Shown here: positions 1-11,196 of the stretch, one piece after another | How the letters are laid out: every line of letters starts with the position of its first letter | How positions within the stretch are numbered: position 1 is the stretch's first letter | From: Waddliaceae bacterium | Lineage (GTDB): Bacteria; Chlamydiota; Chlamydiia; Chlamydiales; SLFE01 | Direction: 5' to 3' | Length of the DNA stretch: 64,000 nucleotides | Assembly (NCBI GenBank): GCA_963771045.1 | Contig: CAVYRW010000004.1 | Location: 736,001 to 800,000 of the forward strand | Translations under genes and position numbers: made by a program | Notes under the pieces: generated by a model | The model's database searches: none | Told to the model about the DNA's origin: nothing | The model's input: only the letters and a program-made list of their open reading frames with translations

Positions 1-521
1 AGCAGTCCATTCCAATACTCGCTTCCCATGAGATAAATGGGGAAGGGGGTAATTTTTTTTGTTTGGATCAGAGTGAGGGCTTCAAACAGCTCGTCTGCAG
101 TGCCAAACCCTCCGGGGAGGAAGACATACCCTTGAGCGTATCGGACGAACATCACCTTGCGGACAAAGAAGTAGCGAAAGCTCAGCTTGTACTTTTCATC
201 GATAAAACCATTTGGCTTGGCTTCAAAGGGCAGGTCGATGACAAGGCCGCACGAATTACCTTTGGCCTCCTGCGCCCCTTTATTGGCCGCTTCCATGATG
301 CCCGGCCCCCCTCCGGTAATGATGGAAAATCCCCGCTTTGTCACCTGTTTTGCGGTCTCGACAGCCAGCCGGTAGTAAGGATCCTCGGGGGGAAGCCTGG
401 CCGATCCGAAGATGGAAACGGAGGGGCCTATGCGCATCATTGTCTCAAAGCCGTCGACGAATTCCGACACAATGCGGAAAACCCGCCAGGCGTCGGTCGT
501 GGGAAAATCTTTGTCTGTCAT
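1..521 (-). CDS. LOG-family (TIGR00730-type Rossmann-fold) nucleotide phosphoribohydrolase, runs off the left edge
   Basis: Not in the ORF track. Manual minus-strand translation from ATG 521: MTDKDFPTTDAWRVFRIVSEFVDGF...SIFGSAR...ITGGGPGIMEAANKGA...FFVRKVMF...LPGGFGTADELFEAL (PGGxGTxxE motif). Start overlaps the queG stop. Confidence 0.9.
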   Translation of the reverse strand, partial: MTDKDFPTTDAWRVFRIVSEFVDGFETMMRIGPSVSIFGSARLPPEDPYYRLAVETAKQVTKRGFSIITGGGPGIMEAANKGAQEAKGNSCGLVIDLPFEAKPNGFIDEKYKLSFRYFFVRKVMFVRYAQGYVFLPGGFGTADELFEALTLIQTKKITPFPIYLMGSEYWNGL

Positions 522-1444
522 GATTGCAGTGTAACTTTTCCCAGAATTTTTTTCATTGAGTGCTTAAGCCCTTTCACCCCCCTTCTGTTTAAAGGGGTTC
601 CAAAGAGTTTTTCGGGGCTCTTTTCAATTTCACCCAGCAATGAGAGATCGAGATAAGATCCCAGCCCTTTCACGGGTTGAAATTCCTCTGTCTGCGAGAG
701 GGGCTTGCGGGCATTGTGGGGGCAGGCCTGCTGGCAGATATCGCAGCCGAAAACATAGCCGGGATTTTTTTCGATGATATCGTCGGGAAGGGGGTATTTG
801 GACTCGATAAGATGGTAGGAGAGGCATTTGGCGGCATCTAGTTCGTAGGGCGAGAGGGCATTGGTCGGGCAGGCGTCGAGGCAGCGCGTACATGTTCCGC
901 ACCTTGGGCGGCGCTCCTGTTTTCTTACGCCGGGAATTTCCAGGGTGGTTAGGATTCCGGAGAGGAGAGTAAACGTTCCGAATTTTTTATGGATAAGAAG
1001 GGTGTTTTTCCCAAACCATCCAAGTCCTGCCTGTACTGCCAGAGCGCGTTCCAAAATGGGGGCCGAGTCGCTAAAGCCCCTGGCAATATTTTTTTGGCCG
1101 GCCTGCTCTTCCAGCCGGCGAATGAATTGTTTAAGACGTTTTCTGTGAACATTATGATAGTCTCTTCCACGGGCATAGGAAGCGATCAACCCTTTGCCGG
1201 GTTGGAAATCGCATTTGGGCTGTTTGTAATAGGTGACGAAAATAATGGCGGTTTTGGCCCCGGGCAGCAGTTGTTGGGGATCGCAGCGGATCTGATTTTC
1301 CATATATGAGAGATTGGCGTGTTTATTTGTTTTTAGCCAATTCCTATAAGCGAGAATATCATCTTCGGGAATGACTGCCGGAGTAATGCCGACATCGTCG
1401 AAACCGAGCGATAGAGCCATTTTCCGGATATCTTCAGGAAGCAT
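518..1444 (-). CDS. queG: Epoxyqueuosine reductase
   Basis: YARGRDYH motif, LERALAVQAGLGWFGKNT, two Fe-S motifs CGTCTRCLDACPT and GCDICQQACPHN. Confidence 0.95.
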   Translation of the reverse strand: MLPEDIRKMALSLGFDDVGITPAVIPEDDILAYRNWLKTNKHANLSYMENQIRCDPQQLLPGAKTAIIFVTYYKQPKCDFQPGKGLIASYARGRDYHNVHRKRLKQFIRRLEEQAGQKNIARGFSDSAPILERALAVQAGLGWFGKNTLLIHKKFGTFTLLSGILTTLEIPGVRKQERRPRCGTCTRCLDACPTNALSPYELDAAKCLSYHLIESKYPLPDDIIEKNPGYVFGCDICQQACPHNARKPLSQTEEFQPVKGLGSYLDLSLLGEIEKSPEKLFGTPLNRRGVKGLKHSMKKILGKVTLQS

Positions 1445-2375
1445 GAGGGAAAGGTTTTTTTAAGATCTTGTCGACGATTTTTTCAACACGTCCTCTTTTA
1501 CTTGTATAACCTTGCATTCCGTTGGCCACCTCATGCAGGTTTTCGATAGCTATAAAAGCTCTTGGATCGACGCTAAAGATAATTTCTTTTAAGTCATGCA
1601 GCTGCAGACGTTCGACAATGACATAGAGGATTTCTTGTTCATCGCCCGAATATCCGCCTCTTCCGTACATGACGGTGAGCCCGAGGCCGAGTTTATGCAT
1701 GACCGATTCGGCAATCTCTTTAGATTTTCTTGAAATGATAATCACCGATTTGGTCTCTTCCAACCCGACGATCACGGCATCCATCACTTTAACGGCTACG
1801 ATATAGGTGATGAGGGAGAGAAGAGGAGGATGCCAGTCCTGGAAAACAAACCCCGCCGCGCCGAATACAAAGATATTGGTAAAGAGGACAATCTGTCCTA
1901 CGGTAAATCCTGTCCTGCGGTTTAAGATGATGCCTAAAATTTCCGTTCCGTCCAGACAGCCGCCGGACCTGATAATCAGCCCCAGGCCTATGCCCAATAT
2001 ACCTCCTCCGGAGACGACGATTTCTAAGGGGTCGCCGGGAAATTGAAGCTGCAGCACGTTGGCGATAAAGATCATAGATCCGGCAAACATCAGAAGGGCC
2101 GCAAACATATGAATCAAAAAGCTCCTTCCGATCGAACGGTAGGCGAGGAATAAAAAGGGAAAGTTGAAGAGGAGCAGAAGCCAGGGGATCACCTGTTTGC
2201 CGAAAATTTTCCCGAAAATCATGGACAGGCCCACAACGCCGCCGTCGATCAAGTTGTTGGGAATAAAGAAAACCTCAATGGCAAAAGCGGCAAGAAACGC
2301 TCCGATAGCCATCCAGAAATAGAGGACGATTGAGGATAAAAAAGATTTTTTAGGCTGGTCTGAGGTCTTCATCAT
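1434..2375 (-). CDS. YitT-family membrane protein
   Basis: PNNLIDGGVVGLS, GGCLDGTEI, multiple TM segments, C-terminal GxGGYSG...DPRAFI domain. Confidence 0.88.
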   Translation of the reverse strand: MMKTSDQPKKSFLSSIVLYFWMAIGAFLAAFAIEVFFIPNNLIDGGVVGLSMIFGKIFGKQVIPWLLLLFNFPFLFLAYRSIGRSFLIHMFAALLMFAGSMIFIANVLQLQFPGDPLEIVVSGGGILGIGLGLIIRSGGCLDGTEILGIILNRRTGFTVGQIVLFTNIFVFGAAGFVFQDWHPPLLSLITYIVAVKVMDAVIVGLEETKSVIIISRKSKEIAESVMHKLGLGLTVMYGRGGYSGDEQEILYVIVERLQLHDLKEIIFSVDPRAFIAIENLHEVANGMQGYTSKRGRVEKIVDKILKKPFPHAS

Positions 2376-2429
2376 ATACTATAAATTCTCCCACCTCCAA
2401 AAGTAACATATTTCAAGATAACAAAGAAA

Positions 2430-2503
2430 CGCGAGAGACGGGACTCGAACCCGCAACTTCCGGCGTGACAGGCCGGTGCTCTAACCAGTTGAACTACTCC
2501 CGC
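2430..2503 (-). tRNA. tRNA-Asp(GTC)
   Basis: Reverse complement GCGGGAGTAGTTCAACTGGTTAGAGCACCGGCCT-GTC-ACGCCGGAAGTTGCGGGTTCGAGTCCCGTCTCTCGCG folds as a cloverleaf. Confidence 0.96.
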
Positions 2504-2524
2504 GTGGTGAGTTTCATAATTTCT

Positions 2525-2597
2525 TGGGCGCAACAGGACTTGAACCTATGACCGCCTGCTTGTAAGGCAGGAGCTCTACCAACTGAGCTATACGCCC
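2525..2597 (-). tRNA. tRNA-Val(TAC)
   Basis: Reverse complement GGGCGTATAGCTCAGTTGGTAGAGCTCCTGCCT-TAC-AAGCAGGCGGTCATAGGTTCAAGTCCTGTTGCGCCCA. Confidence 0.96.
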
Positions 2598-2815
2598 GAA
2601 ATAAGCTATAAATTTATCGAATAAAACATTTATCGGCAACCTATTTTACTTAAATTCGGTTAATTTTCATAATCTTACAAAGAATTTTCGGAACTCTTTG
2701 TTGTTAAATCTTTTATTGTCTTTATGTTAGGAATTGGGAATTTTCGGTTGTCAATTAATTTTTTTCTTGCTTCTCTAATGATAGCGTATTGTGTAACTCG
2801 AACATTAGAAGGGCT

Positions 2816-5032
2816 ATGGGCAAGAGACAAGGAACCTTTTTTTCCTGGATCATGAACAATTTCTCAAGTTATTACCGTCACTTGCTTACGATCGCTATTG
2901 TTGGATTGGGATATATTGTTCTGGGATGGGTGGTTCTATCGGAAACGAATGCCCAGCTCAAATATATCCGCGCTGAATTGAAAGGCCTTCAATATCAGGA
3001 AAGCTTGAGGGAATTTTTACTCGGCGTCAACACGCACAAATATTTAACTCAGCGCTATTATCAGGGAAACACTACCCTTAAAAATCAAATTCTTCAGCTT
3101 CAAAAAGAAGCCAATGACGATCTTCGGCATTTTGAAAAGATCCATTTTGAGCTTCAGGATGAAGTGGGTAATTTAGGGCTGGTGACAGTTCCCATGCTGG
3201 AAAAAACCTATGAACCCAAAGAAATAGACAGACAATGGAAACAGATTCGGACAACCGAATTCAATACGAATTTGACAACTAGCAATGAGCTTCATGACAA
3301 GTTGATACATAACATCAACGGACTTCTGAAATATAGCAACAACATCTCGAATTTGACCCAGGATCCGAGTTTTATTATTTATCAGATGATAGAAAGCTCT
3401 TCCGGATTGCTTCCGAATATCCAGGAGAGTATTTCAGGGGCTTTAGACATCATCCAGCAGGTACACGGCAAAGGGGAAATATCCCAAAGCCAGCGGGACG
3501 ATCTTTTAGGGATCGCTTCTTTGATAAACAGAGATCTCAATGTGAACGAGCAGAGAATTTCACTTGTGCTTTCGGCTCTGACAGGCATTGCTAAAATTCG
3601 GGATTCGATCTCCAAAGCATTTGCCTCTTTTTATCAAACGGTCGGTCAGTTTGTCGAAGATGTTCGGGAAGGGCTTATTGATAAGAGCCCTCAGGAAACG
3701 TCTCATGCAACTCTTCAAAATTTAGGGATTCAGGCTATAAATGACTCCTTTGCCCTTTGGGATCAGGTGTCTATGGGAATTGAAGAGATTCTTGAACAAA
3801 GAGAGAAGGAAATCCTGACAAAAAGAACTTTTATTTTTTCTTTATCCCTTGTCATCATACTGCTGGGATTTGTTCTTGGAGCCTATTTTGTTTCCGAATC
3901 GTCGAAGTCTCTCAAGGCTCTTAAAGAAACGGCGATCAAAATCAGTAAAGGGGATCTTTCTGCCCGTGTGCCGGTAAGATATAAGGACGAGCTTGGAAAG
4001 GTTTGCATAGTCTTCAACCATATGGCGAGTACCCTTGACAGGATGATGCATCAGTTCAAGCAGCTCCTCCACGCGACTCAAACCCTGGCGGGCGGGGATT
4101 TTAGCGCGCGTATTTCCATTGATGAATCCGCCGAAGATGAAATCAAGGCAGTCGGCATATCGTTTAATCGGATGGCTGAATCGTTTGAAGAAGTTGTTGC
4201 AAAACTGCATCGTCTAGTCATTGAGCTCACATCATCGGCAACTCAAATTGCGGCCTCGTCGAAACAGCACGAGGCGACCATTATCGAACAGGGGTCCACA
4301 ACCAGGCAAATATCGGTGACTGCCACCGAGATTTCAGCCACTTCCAAAGATTTTGCACAAACTATCAGCGAAGTCAGCGATGTTGCCGAAGAGACGGCCA
4401 GACTCGCCCGTACAGGGCAGTCGAGTTTAGGAAAAATGGAAACGGTGATGAAACAGATGGAAGACGCTGCGGCAAATATTGCCGTGAGGCTGGCTGTTCT
4501 CAATGAAAAAGCGGGGAATATCACAAGCGTCATCACAACGATTTCCGATGTTTCAGCTCAAACGAATCTACTTTCTCTCAACGCGGCGATTGAGGCGGAA
4601 AAGGCCGGACAGGCCGGCAGGAGCTTTGCTGTCATTGCCCGGGAAATCCGGGGGCTTTCGGATCAGACGGCGATGTCGACATTCGATATTGAGAAAATAG
4701 TGAATGAAATTGTCGATGCGGTTAAATCAAGTGTAATGGGCGTTGACGACTTTACCAAGGAGATACGGGACGGGGCCGAGCAAGTTAAAGGGGTTGGTAA
4801 GCAGCTGGGACAAATTATGGAGCAGGTCAAAACATTAGTGGATAGATTTGAAGCTGTCGATCAGGGGATGAAAAATCAATCCGATGCAGCAGAACAAATC
4901 AACAAGGCCTTAATTGGCTTAAGCGGTCTTGCGAATGAGACAAGCGCGTCAATGACCCAATTTCATACGACTATCAAACAATTGAATGTCGCCTCGGCGG
5001 GCTTAAGGAAAACACTAGAGAAGATAAAGTAA
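2816..5032 (+). CDS. Methyl-accepting chemotaxis protein 1 (WspA-like tip, tandem HAMP)
   Basis: Two TM helices around a large sensor region, two HAMP domains, signalling tip QTNLLSLNAAIEAEKAG...FAVIAREIR. ATG 2816 preferred over TTG 2789. Confidence 0.92.
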   Translation: MGKRQGTFFSWIMNNFSSYYRHLLTIAIVGLGYIVLGWVVLSETNAQLKYIRAELKGLQYQESLREFLLGVNTHKYLTQRYYQGNTTLKNQILQLQKEANDDLRHFEKIHFELQDEVGNLGLVTVPMLEKTYEPKEIDRQWKQIRTTEFNTNLTTSNELHDKLIHNINGLLKYSNNISNLTQDPSFIIYQMIESSSGLLPNIQESISGALDIIQQVHGKGEISQSQRDDLLGIASLINRDLNVNEQRISLVLSALTGIAKIRDSISKAFASFYQTVGQFVEDVREGLIDKSPQETSHATLQNLGIQAINDSFALWDQVSMGIEEILEQREKEILTKRTFIFSLSLVIILLGFVLGAYFVSESSKSLKALKETAIKISKGDLSARVPVRYKDELGKVCIVFNHMASTLDRMMHQFKQLLHATQTLAGGDFSARISIDESAEDEIKAVGISFNRMAESFEEVVAKLHRLVIELTSSATQIAASSKQHEATIIEQGSTTRQISVTATEISATSKDFAQTISEVSDVAEETARLARTGQSSLGKMETVMKQMEDAAANIAVRLAVLNEKAGNITSVITTISDVSAQTNLLSLNAAIEAEKAGQAGRSFAVIAREIRGLSDQTAMSTFDIEKIVNEIVDAVKSSVMGVDDFTKEIRDGAEQVKGVGKQLGQIMEQVKTLVDRFEAVDQGMKNQSDAAEQINKALIGLSGLANETSASMTQFHTTIKQLNVASAGLRKTLEKIK

Positions 5033-7288
5033 TGAATGAGCAGCAGGAAGAAAAAATGAACATCGTAGACAGTCGGCACGGTTTTATGTATTCCCTGACA
5101 AACCTGCTGACAAATCATCAAAAGTACTATGCGATGATTTTTATCGTGACGCTGGGTTTTGCCTTGGTGATCTACGGTTTAATTGTTGAAGTGAATTCGC
5201 AAATCAGCCTGCTGAGCGGGGAAATCGAGGGAAATAGGCTCCAGCGTCCCCTCCGCGCTCTTTATGAAAATGTCGACAGGCATTATTCCCTCACCAAGCA
5301 ATATATCAGAGGCGACAAATCGGTTCGCAATGAGATAAGGAAAGTGCAAACAATCATTCAACAGGACATGAGGGATTTGCTCTCCAAACAAGAGCAATTG
5401 GAACAGGTGATGATGTCGCAAGGCAAAATTTTCTTAAATTCGAACAATGACCCTCTTAGCATACCCGATATCGGCAGAGCGGTGGGATGCCATCCAGGAT
5501 TCCGCTTTTAAAATGACAAGCGCTAAGGCCGAACAAATGCACAATAGCCTGCTTGCCAATTTAAGCGTCATGATGAAACAGCTTGAAGAAGCTTTGAATC
5601 CCGAAAGTATTTTGGCCGTCATTTCGTTTTTTCTCACCGAGGCCAATGTCTATTATTATCCAAAAGTGGTGGAAAACTTAAATCAAACGGTAAATCTCGT
5701 TGAAAGTTATCCTCCGGAGCCCGCAAATGCGGAGAAAGAGGCGCTGCTTGCCGAGTTTGTCAATCTCAAGGGGAATTTTACGGCTATCAAGGGTTTTTAT
5801 GAAAGGGCTATCAAAGAGCTTGAGGGACTTGCTGAATATCGCCCTGTTAAACAGGATCTGCAGTTCAGTTTTTCGACATATGAATCCGCTATGGAGCGCT
5901 ACTTTTACTTGATCGAGCAGGTGGTCGCTGGTGGTAGACCAGACAAGGTGAATTACCCTGAGGAAGGGCAAGACGCCTTAAACGCCAGCTTCGCGTTTTG
6001 GCGAGACTCCGACAAAATTCTTGACAGTGTCCTCGAGTACAATCTCGGGAAAATCATTCCAGGTAAATATATTTTATTGGCCAGCTCTTTGATCATTACA
6101 CTTATCGGCGTGTTTCTCGGGAGGTTTTTTGTTCTGAAAGTTGTCGAATCCGTCAAGAACCTTGACACGGGATATCAAATGCTGAATCAGGGAGAGCTTC
6201 ACACTCGGGTGCCTGTCTTGTTTGAAGATGAAATCGGGCGGGCCAGCAAAGGGTTTAACCAGATGGCCGAAAAGTTTGAGGGCCTTATCACGCAAATGCG
6301 GCACATGTTCAAAGCGACGAAACAACTGGCCAACGGCGATTTTTCAACTCGCGTTAAAGTGATTGACGATGCCAGTGAGGAAATCAGGAATTTAGCTATT
6401 TCATTCAATAACATGGCTGCCTCGTTCGAAAATATCATTAACCAAGTCAGCAGGCTTGGGATAAATCTCACCTCTTCGGCAAAAGAAATATCGGAAGCGA
6501 CAAAAAAACATGAAGTCTCAACTTTTGACCAGGAGAAAACGACAAAAGTAATTGTGGGCATATCCAAAGAAATTGCCGGCAATGCCAAGGAATTTGCCAC
6601 AACTATCAGCGAAGTCACTAAAGTTGTCGACCAGACTGCAGGTCTTGCCAGCAAGGGACGTGAGAGCTTGACTCAGATGGAGTTGATTATGAGGCAGATG
6701 GTCGAAGCTTCGACTGATATAGCCGCCAAGCTGGGTGTCCTGAACGACAAAGCCGGAAATATTAATTCTGTTATCACGACCATTACAAACGTCGCCGATC
6801 AAACAAACCTTCTTGCTCTAAATGCTGCCATTATTGCTGATAAGGCTGGCGATGACGGCCGAAGTTTTTCGGTCATTGCTGGAGAGATCGGGGGACTTGC
6901 CGATCAGACAGCCTTGGCGACGCTTGACATTGACAAAATTGTCGAAGAGATGATGAGTGCGGTTTCAGCCAGTGTGATGGGTGTTGATGACTTCATTCAG
7001 GAAATTCGCAACGGAGTCGGGCAGAACGAAAAGGTGGGCGTGCAGCTCAGCCAGATTATCGAACAGGTTCAGGCTCTCGCTCCCCGTTTCGAATTTGTCG
7101 ACGAGGGAATGAAAATTCAATATGACGCTTCCAAGCAAATCAATGAGGCGATTGTCAAATTGAGCAAAACTGCTCATGATACCGCAGAATCTATGCATCA
7201 ATTCGCGATTACAACTAGCGAGCTGAACAACAGCGCCATTTATTTAAAAAATGCCGTATCAAAGATTATAGAGGTAAGGGGGTCATGA
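5032..7288 (+). CDS. Methyl-accepting chemotaxis protein 2, one frameshift near 5470
   Basis: ORFs 5032-5511 and 5447-7288 join into a full paralog of MCP1; tip QTNLLALNAAIIADKAG. Confidence 0.88.
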
Positions 7289-9492
7289 TCAAAAAGAAAA
7301 ACCGAGGACTGCTTCATTGGCTGACGAATAATCTTACTTATGACAAGAAATACCTTTTCGCCGGCTTTGTGAGAGGGATCGGTTTTTTCATTTTATGGTT
7401 TTACCTTCTTTTTTCTGATTCTCCATCAAATTTCTTTGATCAAAGTGCAGCTAAGCAATACTGAGATGCAGGAGCCTTTAAGAGATTTTTATGAAACTGT
7501 CACAAAACATGAACGTCTTTTGAATCAACACGATCGGGAAACAGGGAGTGAAAACTGAACTGAAGGCGCTTAAGAAAAAGGGAAGCAGGCAGCTGCTGGC
7601 TGTTTTGGCCAAAATCAAAAGCGACAGCCAGGTTACCGAGGAGGAAGGGATGACGATTCAATCAATCGACAATCTGTGGAACCAGAGCGGATGAAGCGGG
7701 GCCCGAGTCAGTCATGACATTCATCAGAAGCTGCTTGCTGACATAAGCAAATTAATGGAGCTCAGTTCCGACAAGGCTGTTCTTTCGATGAATCCGGTCA
7801 ATACAAGTTATTTACTTCTTGAAAATATTGAGAAAAGGATTCGGGAATCTCAGGGATTGGTCAGACGCGCTGTCGATGTAGCTGAATCAATTCAAGCCAA
7901 GAAAAAAATTGACGAGAGCGAAAGTTCCGAACTTCTGGTTATCACTTCATCTCTTAAACGGAATTCAGCGGCTACATTCAATGAGCTGATCAAAATCAGA
8001 AAAGAATTGGATAAAGAAGCGGGCTTGAACGATCTGAGAAAAAGCCTAAGAATTGCGATGAATCAATATCAAGTTTCCGTTGAGGAGCTCATTCACTCTA
8101 TTGAAGAGGACTATATTATCCAAAGCTTCTTTGGATAGCCCGCAAACCTTTGTCCCTCTGGACAGCTCAATTGTCATGAGCAACAGTTATGCCCTGTGGC
8201 GATTAATATCTGAGCAGCTGGATCGAATTCTGCAGCAAAAAAAGTATGATCTATGGATCAACATGTTCTACATCTTTTCCTTGGGAATATTTTTCACTTT
8301 CCTGGGAAGCTACCTGGGCGTGCATTTTGTGTATGAAGCGATAAAATGCTTTCGGGACCTCGACAATGGCACAAGGAGATTCACTCAGGGAGACCTGTCG
8401 GTGCGGGTTCCTATCGTTTACACAGAGGAGATCGGAAAAGCGACTATGGCGTTCAACCGGATGGCCGAGCATCTTGAGCGCCTTATCAACCAGCACCGCA
8501 ATGTCTTCAAAGCCACACAGAAGGTCGCCGAAGGCGATTTTTCGTATCGCGTTCTGGTTGACGAGTATGCCGATGAAGAAATGAAGCAGGTTTCCATTTC
8601 GTTTAACAATATGGCTCAAACATTTGAAGAGATTGTGAGGCAGCTGCAGAGATTGGGAGTCAATTTAAGTTCATCGGCTAATGAAATCACCGCCGCTTCC
8701 AAGCAGCAGGAAAAACTGATCATCGAACAAGGGGAGGCAACAAGAGAGATATCGATTACCGCCAGCGAGATTTCGACGACGGCCAAAGACTTTGCGATTA
8801 CAATCAATGATGTCAGCCAAGTTGCCGAACAAACCTCCAATCTGGCATCTGAAGGGCAGGACAGCCTCATTGCCATGGAGCAGATCATGCGGCAGATGGT
8901 CGACGCTTCAGCCAATATCGCCGACAAGCTGGCGACTTTGAACGAAAAAGCCGGCAACATCACCAAAATCATCACCACAATCACAAATGTTGCCAGACAG
9001 ACAAACCTCCTTTCGTTGAACGCAGCCATCGAGGCGGAAAAGACCGGGAAATTTTCGCGCGACTTTTCCGTCATTGCTCGTGAAATCCGGCGCCTTGCTG
9101 ACCAAACGGCTCTTGCCACCTGCGATATAGAAAAAATCTGCAATGAGATCATGGGTGCTGTCTCTTCATGTGTGTCGGGAGTAGAAGATTTTACAAAAGA
9201 AATCAATGTCGGTGTGGAAAAAGTCGGAGATGTCGGAGAGCAGCTTGGAAAAATTATTGTTCAGGTTCAGGCGCTGGCCTATCGCTTCGAATCGGTAAAT
9301 GAAGGGATGCAAGGGCAGTCGGGAGCGGCCGAAAAGATCAACGAGTCTATGGTGCAGCTCAGTCATTCCACTAGCTCGACTACTGAATCCATCCGTCAAT
9401 TTCACGAAACCATTGAAAGGCTTAGCATTGCATCCGAAGATTTGCGCCATACCATAGGCAACATCAGCATTAGCGAAAAAGTAGTTTCATAA
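7285..9492 (+). CDS. Methyl-accepting chemotaxis protein 3, several frameshifts in the 5' third
   Basis: ATG 7285 overlaps the MCP2 stop and gives MIKKKNRGLLHWLTNNLTYDKKY, paralogous to the MCP1/2 starts; ORFs 7755-8138 and 8080-9492; tip QTNLLSLNAAIEAEKTG. Confidence 0.85.
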
Positions 9493-9511
9493 AAAAAAAA
9501 ATCTCTGATTT
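9382..9511 (+). repeat. Left copy of ~130 bp direct repeat (3' end of MCP3 plus downstream bases)
   Basis: ACTGAATCCATCCGTCAATTTCACG...GTAGTTTCATAAAA..ATCTCTGATTT recurs at 25006-25131 with one substitution and a shorter A tract. Confidence 0.95.
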
Positions 9512-9555
9512 GTTAGAGATATGTCTTGATTTGGAGGTGAATGTGGGCAAAAGGC

Positions 9556-10847
9556 CAGGGCTTTTTGATTAAAATTTCTTGATAGTAATTAAATTTTCAT
9601 TTGTCATTCATATCTTAACTCAACTTTGGAGAAAGATATGTGTGCAAGAGGAATCAAAAATGAACCTTATGAAGAAGAATCTAAATCACTTGACATTGAA
9701 CAATTTAGGGATCGACTAAAGAGCGTTGCCAGTTCTACCCAAGATCCAAGATGTAAAGACAATTTAAAATATAATCTTTTTAATCTACTCGCCATCATTT
9801 TTTGTGCCGTCATAGCAGATGCTAATAGTATCAGTGCAATCCATCAATATGCTGTTTCCAAAAAAAAGTGGTTGATGACGTGGCTTGATTTTGACGAAGT
9901 GCCTTCCTATAATACATTCTGGTGGCTTCTTGTTCGTCTCGATCCAAAAGAAACTGAAATGCTTTTCCGAAAATGGACATCCTCTATTTCAAAAAATGAA
10001 ATTGATGACTTTATTACGATTGACGGCAAGCGTGTAAGAGGTGCCTCTAATAAAAAAAAGACACCTAAATCTCTTTTGCATATGGTTTCTGCTTGGTCTT
10101 CACATAGAGGCCTTATTCTAGGACAAATAAAAACGGACGTAAATTCAAATGAGATAACAGCAATTCCGAAACTTCTTGAAAGCATTGATCTAAAAGGTGC
10201 GACAGTCTCAATTGATGCTATGGGTTGCCAAAAGGAAATTGCAAAAAAAATCATAGATCAAGGTGCGGACTATGTTCTGATGGTAAAGGATAATCAACAC
10301 AAATTATATGAAGAACTCGAAAATTATTTTAAGCAGGCAAGAGACATTGAATTTGAAGGCGTTCCTCATGATTTTTCTGTTTCAGAAGATAATAAACACG
10401 GCAGACAAGAACGACGGGAAATATATGTAACAGGTGATGTTGATTGGCTGCCGATGAAGGAAGAATGGTTGGGTTTAAGAAGTCTTTCGATGTTGATAAG
10501 CTATCGGACACTTGATGGGAGGACGGCCGAAGAAATTAGATATTATATATCCTCACATTCAGCTACAGCTGAGAAAATATCCAAATCAACTCGAGGTCAT
10601 TGGGGCATTGAGAATCAAGTCCATTGGGTTTTGGATGTTACATTTCAGGAAGATGCTTCACAGATATCAACAGGCTATGCAGCAGAAAACTTCTCTATCT
10701 TAAGAAGATTAAGCTTGAATGTATTAAGACTTGATCCAGATAAGAAAAGCCTAAAAGGAAAACGTCAAAGTGCGGGATGGAATAATCAGTACATGGAGTA
10801 TTTATTAGGATTGGCGGCTATCAAGAAATTTTAATCAAAAAGCCCTG
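9556..10847 (+). mobile_element. ISAs1-family insertion sequence, intact
   Basis: Perfect 30 bp TIRs CAGGGCTTTTTGATTAAAATTTCTTGATAG (9556-9585 / 10818-10847); 10 bp target duplication GGCAAAAGGC (9546-9555 / 10848-10857). Confidence 0.96.
9626..10834 (+). CDS. ISAs1-family transposase
   Basis: DPR, IDGKRVRGA, SNEITAIPKLL, VSIDAMGCQKEIA, RGHWGIENQVHWVLDVTFQED; true start may be ATG 9638. Confidence 0.95.
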   Translation: MEKDMCARGIKNEPYEEESKSLDIEQFRDRLKSVASSTQDPRCKDNLKYNLFNLLAIIFCAVIADANSISAIHQYAVSKKKWLMTWLDFDEVPSYNTFWWLLVRLDPKETEMLFRKWTSSISKNEIDDFITIDGKRVRGASNKKKTPKSLLHMVSAWSSHRGLILGQIKTDVNSNEITAIPKLLESIDLKGATVSIDAMGCQKEIAKKIIDQGADYVLMVKDNQHKLYEELENYFKQARDIEFEGVPHDFSVSEDNKHGRQERREIYVTGDVDWLPMKEEWLGLRSLSMLISYRTLDGRTAEEIRYYISSHSATAEKISKSTRGHWGIENQVHWVLDVTFQEDASQISTGYAAENFSILRRLSLNVLRLDPDKKSLKGKRQSAGWNNQYMEYLLGLAAIKKF

Positions 10848-11000
10848 GGCAAAAGGCATCATGTCGCTTTTGAAGCGGTTATCGTAATTGGTTCAATCTG
10901 GACAAAGGTTTTTCCGGTGCGGGTTGGCTTGGGAAGGTGGTAACGAATTTACGGGCCGTTCGACCGAACCGTTACCTCCTGCCTTCGTGTCATGGGCTTA

Positions 11001-11166
11001 AACCCGTGATTGTGACCTAATCTCGTTCGCCTCAGTGATTTTAGCAATCCATCTGCAAACTTACCCTCCTCGGTAAGCTCTAAAGAGCTTACTCTTCGTC
11101 ACGTAAGTTCACATCTGAATCACTAAAATCACTGAGGCGAACGAGATTAGGTCACAATCACGGGTT
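11001..11166. repeat. 166 bp palindromic / MITE-like element
   Basis: Perfect 44 bp inverted arms AACCCGTGATTGTGACCTAATCTCGTTCGCCTCAGTGATTTTAG (11001-11044 / 11123-11166) with central palindrome GTAAGCTCTAAAGAGCTTAC. Confidence 0.85.
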
Positions 11167-11196
11167 AAAAGATGAGATAAATGTTCCTAAATATCA

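Noticed and set aside
63..656. 197-aa plus-strand ORF
   Set aside because: Shadow of the minus-strand LOG-family gene and queG.
10930..10982. Hairpin GGTAACG...CGTTACC after ISAs1 as a possible group II intron end or riboswitch
   Set aside because: No domain V consensus or riboswitch motif recognisable.
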